This document shows positions 47,431-61,093 of a DNA stretch of 64,000 nt, one piece after another. The stretch lies in assembly GCF_000143415.4 (NCBI RefSeq), contig NW_003314337.1, forward strand, positions 451,234 to 515,233, given 5' to 3'. Position 1 is the stretch's first letter. Each line of letters begins with the position of its first letter. The notes under the pieces were generated by a model. That model did not search any database and was not told where the DNA came from. It was given only the letters and a program-made list of their open reading frames with translations. Position numbers and translations under genes: made by a program. The stretch comes from Selaginella moellendorffii. Taxonomy: Eukaryota; Plantae; Lycopodiophyta.

Positions 47431-49123
47431 AAGAAGAAGAAGAAGAAGAAGAATCTTTCTTCCCCGTGATCACCGGAAGAACAAGGTAGAGCACGATGCA
47501 TGTTTAAACAAGAATAATTTCCCTGGCTTTGTGTGTTTCTTTACATTGGGGGCGGGAGAATTTGGAGGTGGGCGATCCATCCATTTGGGCTCGCTCTCCG
47601 GGCGCCATCGAATCGATTCGAGGGTCACATTCTGTCCAGCTGGACGAATGGATCGATGGATTGATCGACGCGCGCTATATAGCTTTTACTATGCATAGAA
47701 TAGGATAGTTGGGCGCGGTTTTCTTTCTTCCTCGGGCTTTTCTAGATTGATCTTGATCGATTGGCACCCGAGTTGTTTAAGCGAATTTGTGTGAGGCCAG
47801 CATTCCTTGTTCGTGATCTCCTGGTACACAAGGAGTGCATCGAAATCACTCGACGACACAAAACGCACACCCCCGAAAAATTCCGTGTTCTATAAAAGAA
47901 ACGGGGGGGAATATTCGTGGAGATCCTCCCCGCAGGGCCACACATTTCTGGTTGCAAGCACCCGATTTGCAGTTGAAGCGAAATCTTCTGGCCAAATGGC
48001 TATGGTCCACAGGCTACTTCTTGAAAACTATATTCGTATGCTTTTATAATAAAAGTATGAATAGTGTATACACTTTTATTATAAAAAAAGTATTAACAAT
48101 GTATACGGCTATAAAAGCATAAAGGTTTGGATGTATTATTTTGTTTTTTTGTTTCCTAGCTCCTTGTATTGTACTTCACGCCCATGACCCAAGTTGCGCC
48201 TTTGTGGCCAGGAGAATATGCCAAAAACGAACGTTCCTACAGCGCACGGTATATCCACCTCGCTCTGTACAGTCCATATCCATCCACAAGCATAAAATGG
48301 AAAGCTACAAAGAATACTAGCTGGTTCCACCATGACTAGTTAACTTAAAACACTGCTAATTTCACAGGTTAAAACGCTAATCCCTACAACTTGTGATTAA
48401 TAATCCAAATGGTCGGGAGTGACCACAGGCAGCTTTGCCCATCCTGTCTGTCCTTGGCGCGTCCATTTTCTTCCATCCATCGCTGGCCGCAACGAGAGCT
48501 TTTGTTTGCACGCGTGACCACCTCTCCAAAGAAATCTCTCCAAGAGAATCTCCTCTGAAAAGCAGCCCAAGATTTTTTTCTCCCTCCATTTCCTGTGGAT
48601 GACTTTGTTTCTGCCTGCGCTGCTTGCTCTTGTTTTGGCTTTGCTTTTTGCCCGGCTTTTGCTTTGCTTGTCTCCTCCATAGCTATGGCTCTCCGCGATT
48701 TGCTTCCTGTTAAGCCTCGGCCTCTGGATTGAATCTAGCTGTGAGACTTTGAGAGGAGGAGCCGCGACCACTTTGCGCGCTTTGTTTATGCCTGTCTGTC
48801 CGGGCCTCTGCAAATTATTCCCATCCCTTCCTTCTCTCTTTCAACTAACTTTGCCTGTCAGCTTGATATTCAACGCGATTCGCTTGGCAGCCAGCAGCGG
48901 CAGAAGCAGTAGCCACACTGTCAATATGCCACTGGAAACTCTTGGCCTCTCTTTTTTTTCCTCCACTTCTTTAAAGAGGGTGTGTTGGTTGGTCGAGCTG
49001 CAAGTGCACACAGAGTGTTTATAAGCGAAGAACACGTTCGAGAGCGCAAGAAAAACTGGTGCGAAAACAAAAACAGCAGTGCTTACCCGTGAGGCGTGGC
49101 CTGCAGGAGTGCATAAATATCTC

Positions 49124-51743
49124 TCAGTTGGTGCCAAGAGTTTGTTGCTCGCATTGCTCCAGATTCTCGAGTGACCAAGAGTTGGCATCGTTTTTATTGT
49201 CGAGCCTGAGCAAGTGCGTGTGGAAGCGACGGAGCGTGCTTCTGTGCCCGACGCTAATCACGGATATCCCTGATGTTTTCAGCACTCCATATAAATGTGC
49301 CTGCGCAGCAATAACATCACCATCATCATCATCATCATCAAGAAAAACTCAGCACAGACCTCAGTTTCTTCGTCGAGAGCGCTGGTTGCTTCGTCCAGGA
49401 GAGCGAGCCTTGGTTTTGAAAGTAGCATACGGGCGAACGCAAGGCGCTGCTGCTCTCCCAGGGATAACACGCTGGACCAGTCGGCGAAGGAGTCCAAGCC
49501 ATTGCAGCGAGTGAGGAGTTGTCCCAGCTTTACTTGGCGGAGAACTTCCGCTAGCTGATCATCAGCTGGCTCAGCGCTTCGGGGTTTTGGTCGTGTGGAG
49601 GATTGCGAAAGTAGGCCTACATGCACGAATGATGTTAAAGCTAGAACTTTGTGAAGAACAAAGGAGAAAACAACCATCATCAAGGTCCTCTTTCTCTTCC
49701 ACGTTCCATGTTGGATATAGGAGCTGCTGTTTTAATGTTCCAAGGACCATGTATGGCTTCTGAGGAAGAAACAAGATATCCTCTATGGTGCGTTCCAGCA
49801 GGATGGAGCCATTGGACTTGGAGGAGTTTCCGGTGAAGTAGCGTTTGATTGACCCGCTTCCACATTTCCAGAGTCCAGCAATAGCTCTTAGAAGCGATGT
49901 TTTTCCACTCCCACTGGCACCCATCACCTATAAAATACGTTAAAATACAACACATCCAGCTTTGCTAATACGAACCAGAAGATTTTGTCCTTGAGAGATA
50001 CTGAACGTGAGGTTTTCGATAAGAACCAATGTATACTGAGGGGTCTGGAGCGTTAACTCCTCCACTTCCAAAAGAAGAGGCTTTGCATCTTTGTCAACGT
50101 AGTCAAAGATTTTGATGCCTTTCAGATCCTCAGTTGCTACTTGTGCATCCAGTATATCGCTGAATTCACCTGTAAGAAACAATAAGAAACGACAACCATA
50201 AAATAGGAACAAACAAGCCGAAAGGAAATATATAGAAGCGTACCCAGACGATCAATAACAGCAGAAAACGAGCTCAGCGACTGAAACTGATATATGATCA
50301 AGGAAAAGTCGCCAAGGATGTGGTTGAACGCAGAAAAAGACTGATTGATAACCCCGAAATCAATCTTGCCAGTAAAATAGAGTGGAGCAACAACGGCTGC
50401 AGGTAAAACCTGGATCACATATCTGTAGCCGCTTTGGAAAAACTGAAGATTTCTCGAAGCTAAGAGCAGTTGCTGTAAAGCCACAAATGAAAAAACATTA
50501 GTTTTCAGAACACTTGAAAAAAAAATACCGCCTAGAGAGCAACAAAGAGCACGGGGGCAACACAGTGCACTCGCGATATTTACCACAAGAGAAAAGCTCG
50601 TACACTGTAGTTGTCAAAGGTTTGTCTGAAACGCTCCAGCAGCAGCTGGATCTCATTAGTTTCTCCTTGATAGAACGCAATAGACTCGGTATTTTCTCGC
50701 ACGCGCACCAAGCCATATCTAAAATCAGCTTCTCTCTTTTCTTGCATAAAGTTAAGATCCACTAGACCCTGCATTTACCGGAGCTGAGCAAGATATAAAA
50801 AGATAAATAAGACAATCTACCTTTCCTAGCGCAACGCTTATCGCAGTGCCGCCAATGGAGTAAACTACAAGAACTCCAAAGAGCGGTGGATATATGCTGT
50901 AAAGAATACCGCTGAAGGATATAAGATCGATCGTAGCGTTGAAAAGAGCTAGGCTGAATCCCAAAGCGGTGGCTGTGAAGGAGTTTAAATCGTCGACCAC
51001 GCGTTGATCCGGGTTATCCACAAGCGACTGAGACTGGATGTTGTAGAAAGCTCTATTCTCAAAATATCGTTCCAAGTAATACTTTGTCATCCATGCTCTC
51101 CAGCGAAGAGACAAAGTATCACGGCTATAGTCTCGGAAGACAAACACCTTCAATCAAAGGGTTGATGGTTTCAATCGTTGAAAAAAAAATAGAAGAAACC
51201 ACCAAAAGCTTACCGGGATTCCAGCAATGAATGCTCCCAGATAGTATAGTAGCTGCCGAGTGAATTGCTCTTGATCCTTGCCTGAAAGAAGAAAAAAAGA
51301 TACACATCAGAAAATAGTCTAAAACTTACTTGCGAGTGAGTTGTAGAAATCTCTCCCAAGGAAGTTAAATCCCACGCTTATTCCCGTCGTTGCGAGTGTG
51401 AGAGCGAAGACACCAACGAGGCGGATTCTTGCCTGTGATTTGTCATCCGAGCTCCAGTATGGCGCAGCGACCTTGGAAAATCTTCGAAAAAGAGTGCCAA
51501 GGTCTGACGGCGATCTCTGTCAGTGCAAGGCCATCGTTGCTTAGCTACGAGAAAATGTAACGGTAGTACCTTTCGCTCCGATGGAAGAAGAGGATCAACA
51601 ATGCAAGGCTCGTCCTCATCGTTCTTGACGGCAACCATGGCAACGATGGAGGAAGATCTTCGTGCAGTCCTCGACTTCCACTTGTGGCGATCCATGGCGA
51701 GAGGACTGAATGCGGCGGCTGTCGCCATAGCCAGGAGCGCCAT
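49124..51743 (-). CDS. ABC transporter subfamily D half-transporter (ABCD2-like), multi-exon
   Basis: [31 protein letters not shown], Walker [32 protein letters not shown]. Confidence 0.93.
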
Positions 51744-52020
51744 AGCCTGAGCACAAGACACATATAAGTGATATCCCTAGCTCTCAAGTTAGTTTAATTG
51801 AATTTTTTTTAAAGCTGAGCGGTTTTCAATTTTACTTCCAATTAGTGTTATTTTAGAAAGCAAAACGTTAAAGGTTTTAAAGAAACACATTTATTAATTA
51901 CAAAATCAGATGAAGTATATCATTAATCAGAGAAAATGCAGTAAATTTTGACAATATTTAAATAAAAAATAAAAAATCATGAAACTCTATAAAAATTAAT
52001 ATTAATGAATAATAACAATT

Positions 52021-54500
52021 TGATTATATGAGTGCATGAAAAATTGAATACAATATTTAATTAGCCCAAAAACCATAGTTTATATACAAAAGTGAGTGGT
52101 ACAAATTCAAACAAATCCAATAGCTACTAAAATCCCACAACACTAATAATAGTGTATAATATTATAATTGTATATTTGGATTTTATATTGTCCCCTCCTC
52201 TCAAAAGGATAGAAGGTAATTAAGGTTCTTTAGTTGATAGGCTAGAATTTGGAATAATATTAAGAGGAGGCATAAGTAGATCTGTAAACAAATTAACACT
52301 AGCTTATCCACCACTAACCAGTTGTAACTGATTAAAATTTCCATTTTATTTTAGTCATTTAATCATGTTTTTAACCACTTGGGGGAATCTTACACACAAC
52401 TTTCATAAATCTTCTTCTAAACTTAAGGTGCTTATTAGTCTTTTATATATTCTCCCAACTATATTGGCTTTGCACTTGGTCAAAATGTTTTATAAGTCTA
52501 ATTCCACTTCATACCACCGATGTACCAACTTTATATGCTATTCACATTATCTTATTAACAATCCAATACCATTTGCACCACAGTCTATCTTTCTAAACTA
52601 GGCCATCTGTCTATGAGTGGTCCTACATCTTAGCATTCCTAAAATACCCCAAGACATAAAGAATACCATTCCCCAATATCCCTTATTTAATCTCTACTAA
52701 ATCCTTCTTTGTCCATGGTTGACACCACAATTGTTTTAAGGCTTAAAGATTTATCTATTAAGTCTTACTAACCTTTAAGACTTTCTTACCATGAGATCAT
52801 AATCTTAGTCATTAAGCAAAAGGACCATTCTTTTTCCTTTCCACGGTCCAGGATTTTGGGATGACATTTTAAAACATTGTAGCCCAATGTAACTCTCATA
52901 AGTACTCCCCCCACCATCCACCACTAAGGTGCCTCAACCATATAGCTAGAATGAGGTTCTAATGAGCCATACAAGGTATCTAAGTAAATAATGCCATCTA
53001 TATTTAAATTGGGAGCATCTACCATTTAATCTCCTAGGGGAGTTAGAGTCGACTTTTGAACACTTCACTAAGTCACCTCACTTATTTGTCCATGTTTACT
53101 CGAACTTTGGACTCTTTAATATTTATATCATCACCTAATATGTGAGTATAGTTTTCCTTGATCACACTAACTTTCTGTAGCCAAACTATGTTATACTAAA
53201 ATCCTCCCCTTACTATCCCACAAGGACTTACCAAACCTTAAGGGTTTAAGAGATGATCACTTTGGGCTTTCACTCTTGGACTTGAATTTAGACTTGGTCT
53301 CGGTCTTGGTCTTAGTCTTGCTCAGACTCGATCTCAAACTTGATTTTGGACTTTACAAACTTTATCTCAGACTCTATCTTAGGTTCCTTCTTAAACCTAA
53401 TTTCAAACTCCATCTCAAACCCAATCTTGGACTTCATCTTAGGCTTTATCTTGGATCTAGTTTTGGACTCCATCTCAGATTTAATCTCAGATTCCATCTT
53501 AAACTTGGTTTCTATATTTTCATGTGTCATGACACTTGTCTCATGTCAATCATTCTTTTATCCCTTACTTGAGACTTGCTTCATACTCATTCTTTAAGCA
53601 CTTTTTTGGGAGTTTTACACCCACTTTCGACTTTCCAAATCAAAATTTTTAGTCCAAATGTGTTATGCTTGTTTGACTTCTACCTTAGCCACTACCACCT
53701 AGATCACCTTCTTACCTTTGGTTACCTTGCCACTCCATCTCTTAGAGTTTTTGATTTTCATCAAATTAAAGCACTTAAAAATCCCATATATTGAAAACCT
53801 ATTACCTTTTCCATAATTTGTAAACATCCACCATATAATGGTTTCTCACCTAACTTATTAGTTGAATACCTTTAATAATTTCCATTCTTGGACACTAGTT
53901 TTTTGTTCCTATTCAATAATTGCTACACCAAACAACTTAGGATTGCTACCTCTATCTTTGGGGTTATCTTTTTGTTTCATAACAATGGCTCTACTTTGCA
54001 AAGTCTAGGGGGTGTTCACTTCTAATAAGTTTCATTAGCATTTTCTGTTGCAAGCTTAATCTTGCAACCCTCCCATATGTCATTCTTTTGAGATTAGACT
54101 CATAATACTATTATATTGTTATAAATCATTTCACCTTATATGTCATTCTCACTTAGTCACTTACCATTACCAAAAGTTTAAATCACTATTTTGAATTAGA
54201 AACCTTGTTCTTTAACCCAATAAGGAGTTTGTCCTTACTTAAATCATATAGTGATCCCACATAAACATTTCAATAGATTTACCATATATTAAATTTGCCC
54301 AACCTTTAAGTTATTAACCACAACCCCAAGTATATCCTCCACACTTGGTGGTGCACCCAAGCCAACACTTCTAGCCAAAAGTCCATAACAATTAAAATTG
54401 GGTGTCTCTATTGTCTCATGCACTAGAGAATTCAAGTTATATGTGTTAAGCTTCTATACCCAACTCACTAACCATGAATTATGATTCTTGGGCATCCTCT
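52021..54500 (-). mobile_element. Highly decayed LTR-retrotransposon copy A (LTR ~52021-53720 plus adjoining internal remnant)
   Basis: Colinear with 57797-61093 (ttagcccaaaaacc, agctactaaaat, tttgggctttcac, gccactaccac, gaaccttg/attc). Confidence 0.75.
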
Positions 54501-54549
54501 ATTTGGTGGTATACCTAAGCCAACCTCTTTACTAAAAGTCGATGACTAT

Positions 54550-55600
54550 TTGTAGCGCGAATGTGACTTTGGGTATTGAAAATTACTTGTCGGTCAGTCC
54601 TTACGGACACTCTTTCCTTATTGCCATGACAACAGAAAGTCGGTATTGCTGGACCTGTTATCAGTTTCCCACTTGAGTTAGTTGAGAAACTGGTCAATGT
54701 CCATGCACTTAAATTGGATAAATATAAGGTAGGAACCTTATGTGTTTCTTGTTAAGCATACTCGACCTGGTTTGAGAAACTTGTGTCATTGGGCTAGTAT
54801 CAAGAACCCCCACAATATTGAGTTGGTCCCTCAATATTTGCTAAATGATAACTTACTATATCTGCCAAACACCCTCGCTATCATGCCCTTTGTGTTAGTC
54901 TCATTTCAGTTTTAAATACTATTTATGGAAAGTGTTTAGATTTGCTCATTTGGCATATTTATAGAATGTAGAGATTGTTCTGAACACAATGTTGTTCATC
55001 ATGTGTCCAAATTCGCAATCTAGGGGTATTTTATATTTAGTAAGTTTCAATTTTGTCCCAGAGACTAACTCTTGATACTAAGGGAGGTTTGGGGTTAAAA
55101 GCCCAAAGTGTGTGTTCCTCAAGGGGGAGGGGAGGGGAGGAGAGGGGGGGGGGCTATAGGGGGTCTAAATGTATAATAGGGATAGTGGATAGGTTGGGCA
55201 TGACTGACAAACCTGAAGCATAGTTTAATTCTCACTTGTGTGCTTGTCCTTGTTCTCCATTTGGCTTGGGTCTAAGCCCAACTCCACACTATGCTAGTTA
55301 GTGGAGTACCTATATCTTCGTGTTAGGCCACCGGTATGCTAAAATAGTGCTAGACTCCATTTGGCTTCGTTTTGTGTACTGATTCTGGCATTGGGATGTT
55401 AGATGCTCTAGGACTGTTTCAAGTTGTTCCATGCTCCTATCCCTTTGCTCCTTGGGTTGTACACTCGGGAGTGGTTCCGTGCTCTAGTGCCATTGCTCCT
55501 TGGCTCCATACTTGGGACACTAAAGGGTTGACACTCAAACTCAACTTTTGTATATGCATTTATAGACAGCATTGTATGGGATGACTCTTCACACTAATAC
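54550..55600 (+). mobile_element. Possible 3' end of a second LTR element: purine/G-rich PPT-like tract (~55121-55153) followed by a putative ~450 bp LTR
   Basis: aagggggaggggaggggaggagaggggggggg is followed by a CpG-depleted unit ending ..CA near 55600. Boundaries are inferred. Confidence 0.4.
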
Positions 55601-57790
55601 ACCAAATTTATAAAGATGCTAATTAGCTTCTTTTTTCATACATGCATTACTAATTATAGTTTAGGAACCTAATTCCTTTAAGCTTTCAAGTCCTCTCACT
55701 TGATAAAGTAGTTAATCAACTTATGATTATGCATGGACTCCTCCATATTTGGCCTAATATGCCTCCCTTCTTGAAGTCAACACTTTTAATTAGGATCTAT
55801 GTTCCTCTGACTTACTAATCTCACTTAACAAATCATCTAACCTGTGTAATATAATTCTATGCATAAGTGTGGAAGTCCTTAAATATTGATTTTTATTTAA
55901 AGCCATATCTTTGGACACACGGGAACTATTTTCCCAATCTTGATAGCCTCACCTCATAATAAACTTCAAGATCACACTTTTGTTATATTACTCCAATTTC
56001 ATACATTCTTATAAACTATTTGTACTCACCTTTCTCAGTACCAACTTGTTTTTCTTCATTTCTTAGCTTTCTAAGACCTCTCCTTTCATAAGCTTCCTAC
56101 TTGTCATTTAGTTTAACGTAGATAGTTCCACATTTTCAACTCTTTATGGCACAATTATTAGAAGTAGCAAAACTCCTGAGCACATATTTGGTTCCCCACC
56201 CCTAACTTATATAACCATTATAGATTATATCTCTTAATTTCTATAATTTAGTTCTATTTATTTACTATTTACTTGTGGTTTCATACATTCTCTTTATTAT
56301 TTTCATCCATGCTAAAATAGTAGCTTTGCACTTTCTACCATCGCATTAATAAGTCTTTTTAGGGATGAATTTTATTCAATAACTTAAGAAGTGGTTTTCT
56401 CAATTTGGATATCCTTCATATATAATAAATGTAACGAATTTTGGTGACAATATCATACATATTTGCTATCATATTCTCCTTTAAAAAAATTATTATTGTT
56501 ATAAACTATTCTTTTGTGATCATCTCTTTAATTTTTGGTTATAATTTAAATTTGAATGAATAAATTTTTTTATTGACTATCATTTAGATGAGTATCTTGG
56601 ATGTATATCACCTTCCTCACACTGATGATCTTTTGGATCATATAGAGAAGAGTTGTTAATTCACTAAGTTAAATATTACTTTTGGGTAGTTCATGAAAAC
56701 CCTTGTTAAAAAAACCTTAATAGAAATGGGATTGGCATATCCTAAATTGGAAGGTATAAGATTTGTGTGCCTTAACCAAATATTGATAAAGGTGTAGAAG
56801 CACTAGCAATAAATTGTAGGATATAATAACTATTGAACAATTAAGAAAAAGTTTATATAATTGGTTGAAATAGTGGGATTTAACTTCTTAAGACTTCTTG
56901 TCAATATAAGAAAGAGGTTAAATACATCCTTTAAGGGATAAAATGTTTATATTGTGATATAGTGAGTCAATGTTATAATAGGAAATATTTATTATTTAGG
57001 AAGTCTATCATTGAAAAAAATAAGCACATAAAAACATTAAATAAATGGTGTTTGGTATTATGAGGGCATTAGACAAGACCCAAAAGACTAAGTCTTTAAA
57101 TAATAATGGATAAAAGGTGTTATCTAAAGTTCAAGGTTGAATAAAGTTAAGAAAAGGGGATGTCTATTTATACAAAGTGGATAAGGCCAAAAAAATCTTA
57201 GCATAAATAGCAAAAAGTATATAAAATCCCAAGAGTAACAAATGTTAATATTAGTGTGTAGGATTACAAGGTGGGGTTAAGAGATTTTTGAGTGAGAATT
57301 ATTTAGTAATAGTTTTAAATAATAATTTATATTTTCATTGCTTATGAAATAATTATTTATGTTTTAAACCAAGCATGACAACAATAAATCTTTGCATTTA
57401 TCTAAAGTAGTAAAGAAAAATATTTTAAAAAGAAAGCCTCATATTTCCTTTTAAATAGGATAATAAATTTTTAGTTAATGTATAAAATTTGTTTTAAAAA
57501 GTTTTTATCATTGATCAATCAGCTAATAAAAAAGGTTTTTTTTAAATTTAAAAAATAATAGTTATTTCAAGAATAAACAGATTTATAAATATATGCAAGA
57601 AGGATTATAAAGACATATATATAACTAAAAAGGGTTTAAGAATTACAAAAACATAGACATAATATAAAAAAGATTAATGTATAAAAATAATTCCAAATAT
57701 ATAAATATAACCAAAAGAATGTGATACTTTTTTGATTAAAAATATAATATTTTCTTTATGGGCATCTAATACTTTTTTTTCTAATACTTT
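55600..57790. mobile_element. AT-rich, heavily decayed repeat DNA
   Basis: Very low GC, near absence of CpG, no ORFs; lies inside the TE nest. Confidence 0.45.
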
Positions 57791-57796
57791 TTATTT

Positions 57797-60700
57797 TGAT
57801 AGTATGAGTGTATGGAATATGGAAAGGAAATATAAAAAATATGCGTCTCTATTAGCCCAAAAACCCATTTATATATAAGAGCGAGTGGTTTGGATTGAAA
57901 CCAATCTGACAGCTACTAAAATTCCATTATGCTAATATTAATATATGACATCATAACCATATACTTGGACCTCACATCATCCCCTCCTCTCGAAATAATG
58001 GAAGACCATCACAGGACTCTTGTAGATGGGCCGGGATCTAGAGGAATATCAGGAGGAGGAATTAGTGGATCTATAAGTGGTACTAGGTCTTCTTGATCCT
58101 TTGTATAAAGTGTTTCAACTGTTACACATGCGCAATTTCTGGAGGATTAGTCTGCTAGGCATCATGCCGAACCTCATAAACTTGTGGTCTAACATGCCAC
58201 AACACTTAATATGGTCCTTTCCACTAAACAAGGAGCCCATTAAATAAACCATGTACCATAAGATGAGGAAAACGGATTAATACCAAGTTATCCACTTTAT
58301 ACTTTGCAAGTGGATGATGATGGGAGTTGTAATGTTGTTGTTGTCCCACTTTTATGTGGCCTAGATGTTTGGCAGATTATACTCGGACAAGTTGGAGAAT
58401 GCTCTTAACCACACCTTTAACCACTTGGAGGAGTCTCACTCACAACCTCCATAGGTTTTATTCCGAACTTGGGGTTTTGCTAGCCCCAAGAATGATATCT
58501 GTGCCACTCAACTGTTGCACTTGGTCCAAGTGTTCCACGTGTCTGGTCCCATGACCGACACCCAAAGGTACCATTGACAAATTGGCCTGTTGCGCTAAGG
58601 CCATGCCCATTCACCTTTGCCATACTGGTGGTACAATACCACTTGCATCACAATCCCATCTCTCCAAAACTGGGCCATCCGTCCATGAGTGGTCATCCCA
58701 GATCCACTCCTTAGCATCCTTAGGATGCCCACAGACATGGGGAATAGCCTTCCCCAATATCCCTTTATCAATTTCTATTAAGTCCCTTTTTTGTCAATGG
58801 CTATATTTGCTAACACTACCACTAAATCAAGGCTTGCAGGCCCAGCCACTAAGTTCTATTGTCCTCTGGGACTTCCTCACCATGTGACCGTATTCTTAGT
58901 CACTACACTAGAGGATTTCTCCTTCTTCTTTCCCCCGTTTAGGACTTTGGGACAACATTTTGGAACACTGTGGCCCTATGCGAGCCCCGTGGGTACTCTC
59001 CCCACCTTCTGCCTTTAGGTGCTCTAGCCGTGGGCTTAGAGCGAGGTTCCATTGAGCCACACCAGGTATCCAAGTAGGTAGTGCCACCCACACTTGGACT
59101 GAGAGCATCGACCATTCGATCTCCTGGGGGAACTAGAGCCAGCTCTTGAACACTTCACTAAGCTACCCTGCTTGTCGGTCCGTATTCACTCTAGCTTTGG
59201 ACTTCCCAGTGGTTATCCCATCACCCAACACATGGGTGCAACCTTCTTGGGCCAAACTAGCCTTTCCTGGCCAAACTGGCTCCACTGGAGTCCTCCCCCT
59301 ACTATACTTTTCGAACTCTCCCCAGGGTCTGGGAGACAAATGCTTTGGGCTTTCACCCTCTCAGACTCGAACTCAAACTCGGACACGGACTCGGACTCGG
59401 ACTCAGACTTAGACTTGGACTTGGACTTGGACTCGGACTCGAACTCGGCCTTGGGCTCGGTCTCGGCCTCAGCCTCGGTCTTGATCTTGGTCCCTGTCTC
59501 AGTCGCGGTACCAGTCTTGGTTCCGGTCTCAGTCTTAGTCCCGGTCTTGGTCTTGGTCTCGACTTTGGACTCCATCTCGGGTCCTTCTCAGGCTCCATCT
59601 CAGGTCCATCTTGGACTCCATCTCGGGCCCATCTCGGGTTCATCTCGGACTCCATTTCGGGTCCATCTTGGACTCCATCTCGGTCCATGTCAGACTCCAT
59701 CTCGGGTCCATCTCGGACTCCATGTTAGACTCCATCTGGGGTCCATCTCGGACTCCATCTTGATCCCCATCTTGGACTCCATCTTGAACTCCATCTCAGG
59801 TCTATCTCGGACTCCATCTTGGGTCCCTTTTCTAAAGACTCTCTTATGGCTAGCTTCATGCTTGTTCCTTGAGTACTCCGTTAGGAGTTCTACTCCCACT
59901 CTCAACCTTTCAAGTTGGAGCTTTTAGTCCAAACATATTACACTCGTTTGGCTTTTGCTTCAGCCACTACCACGTGGCACCCTTTTGACTCCACTTTGGG
60001 GCTTAGGGATTTGTGTCTCACAACTCCACCACCTATAGACGAAGTTTGATGTCCTCATCGAACTATAAACCATTTTATAAGGCAACACCAACATGTATTA
60101 CCCTTTCCATCCTTGGCACCCAACCAATATTCATCAATGGTTTTACACCAAAAGCTCACCATGATTTCTCCATCCTCTAAGGAGCATAGCCTCTCTAACA
60201 TAAAGACTCGATCGATTGCATATAGTGGTTCTTTCCCTTTTAGTGGTTTAGTTCTTGCTAAACCCGTTAGAGGCACCTCCTCTATCTCAATTCCACTACT
60301 CACTCTCAAGTAGTTTCAGTTCTCATTGATATAAACTTGCACTCTGGAACTTTTAATTTTGACTTCTTAGAGTCAATTTCCTAAGTGTCTCCAACACTTT
60401 ACATTGCACATATTGTACAACTCTACTTCCCCATCCTTGGAAGTTCTCTACTTGAGGGCACCGTCATCCTCTTTTCTATTTTGTGCCACCTTTGGCACTA
60501 AGTTCTAATCATCATAATTCGTGCTAGAGCTATCCATGGCCCTAACATTTGGCTACTTTGCCGCTTTTGCCCTTGGAGCTTTCACCTTTGCCAACTTGGA
60601 GCATTTGGGGATCCATCCTTGGAAGCATCCTTCCTTTCCCACAATCCGTTATCATCCAACATATTAGTGTTCCATGGCTAACTTTACTATTTGGATTCCT

Positions 60701-61093
60701 TCCAATAAATTTTATGGCCCACACTTGGCCACTAGTCTTTTGCTTTTATCCTTTGATTGTTGCACTAAGCAACATAGCATCAATACCTCCATTTTCAAGG
60801 TATTTTTTTGGTTCCATGGCAAAGGCTCTATTTTGCTAAGTCCAGAGAGTGCTCACCCCTAGAAGGTCTCTTTAGTATTTTTCTGTTGTGGGCTCTATCC
60901 ATGACCTAATTTAGTGACCCTCCTATGGGTCTTTTATAGAGATTATTTTCTTCGGACTCATTATACTATTGCATTGACACAGCTGATTTCCTTATATGCC
61001 CTTCCCACTTGCTCACCTTGACCAAGCCACACCATCATCAATAGTTCAAATCAACACTTTGAACTAGGAACCTTATTCCTTAAACCAACCAAG
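57797..61093 (-). mobile_element. LTR-retrotransposon copy B: internal remnant (61093-60035), PPT (60034-60023), ~2.2 kb 3' LTR (60022-57797)
   Basis: The minus strand reads aggtggtggagt then TGTGAGAC.. and the LTR ends ..ATCA. It is homologous to copies A and C. A Ty3/gypsy affinity is only inferred. Confidence 0.75.
59363..59825. repeat. LTR-internal minisatellite: hexamers (GACTCG/GTCTCG) followed by 11/12-mers (GGACTCCATCTC)
   Basis: Visible directly. Equivalent arrays occur at 53275-53510 and 61297-61612. Confidence 0.9.

Noticed and set aside
48377-48813. Overlapping basic ORFs between the MIZ1-like and ABCD genes; WAKLPVVTP recalls radial-spoke proteins
   Set aside because: Only a short motif in the wrong context; no consistent exon structure could be built.
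59363-59825. CRISPR-like appearance of the regular repeats
   Set aside because: No unique spacers, no cas genes, and a eukaryotic LTR context.
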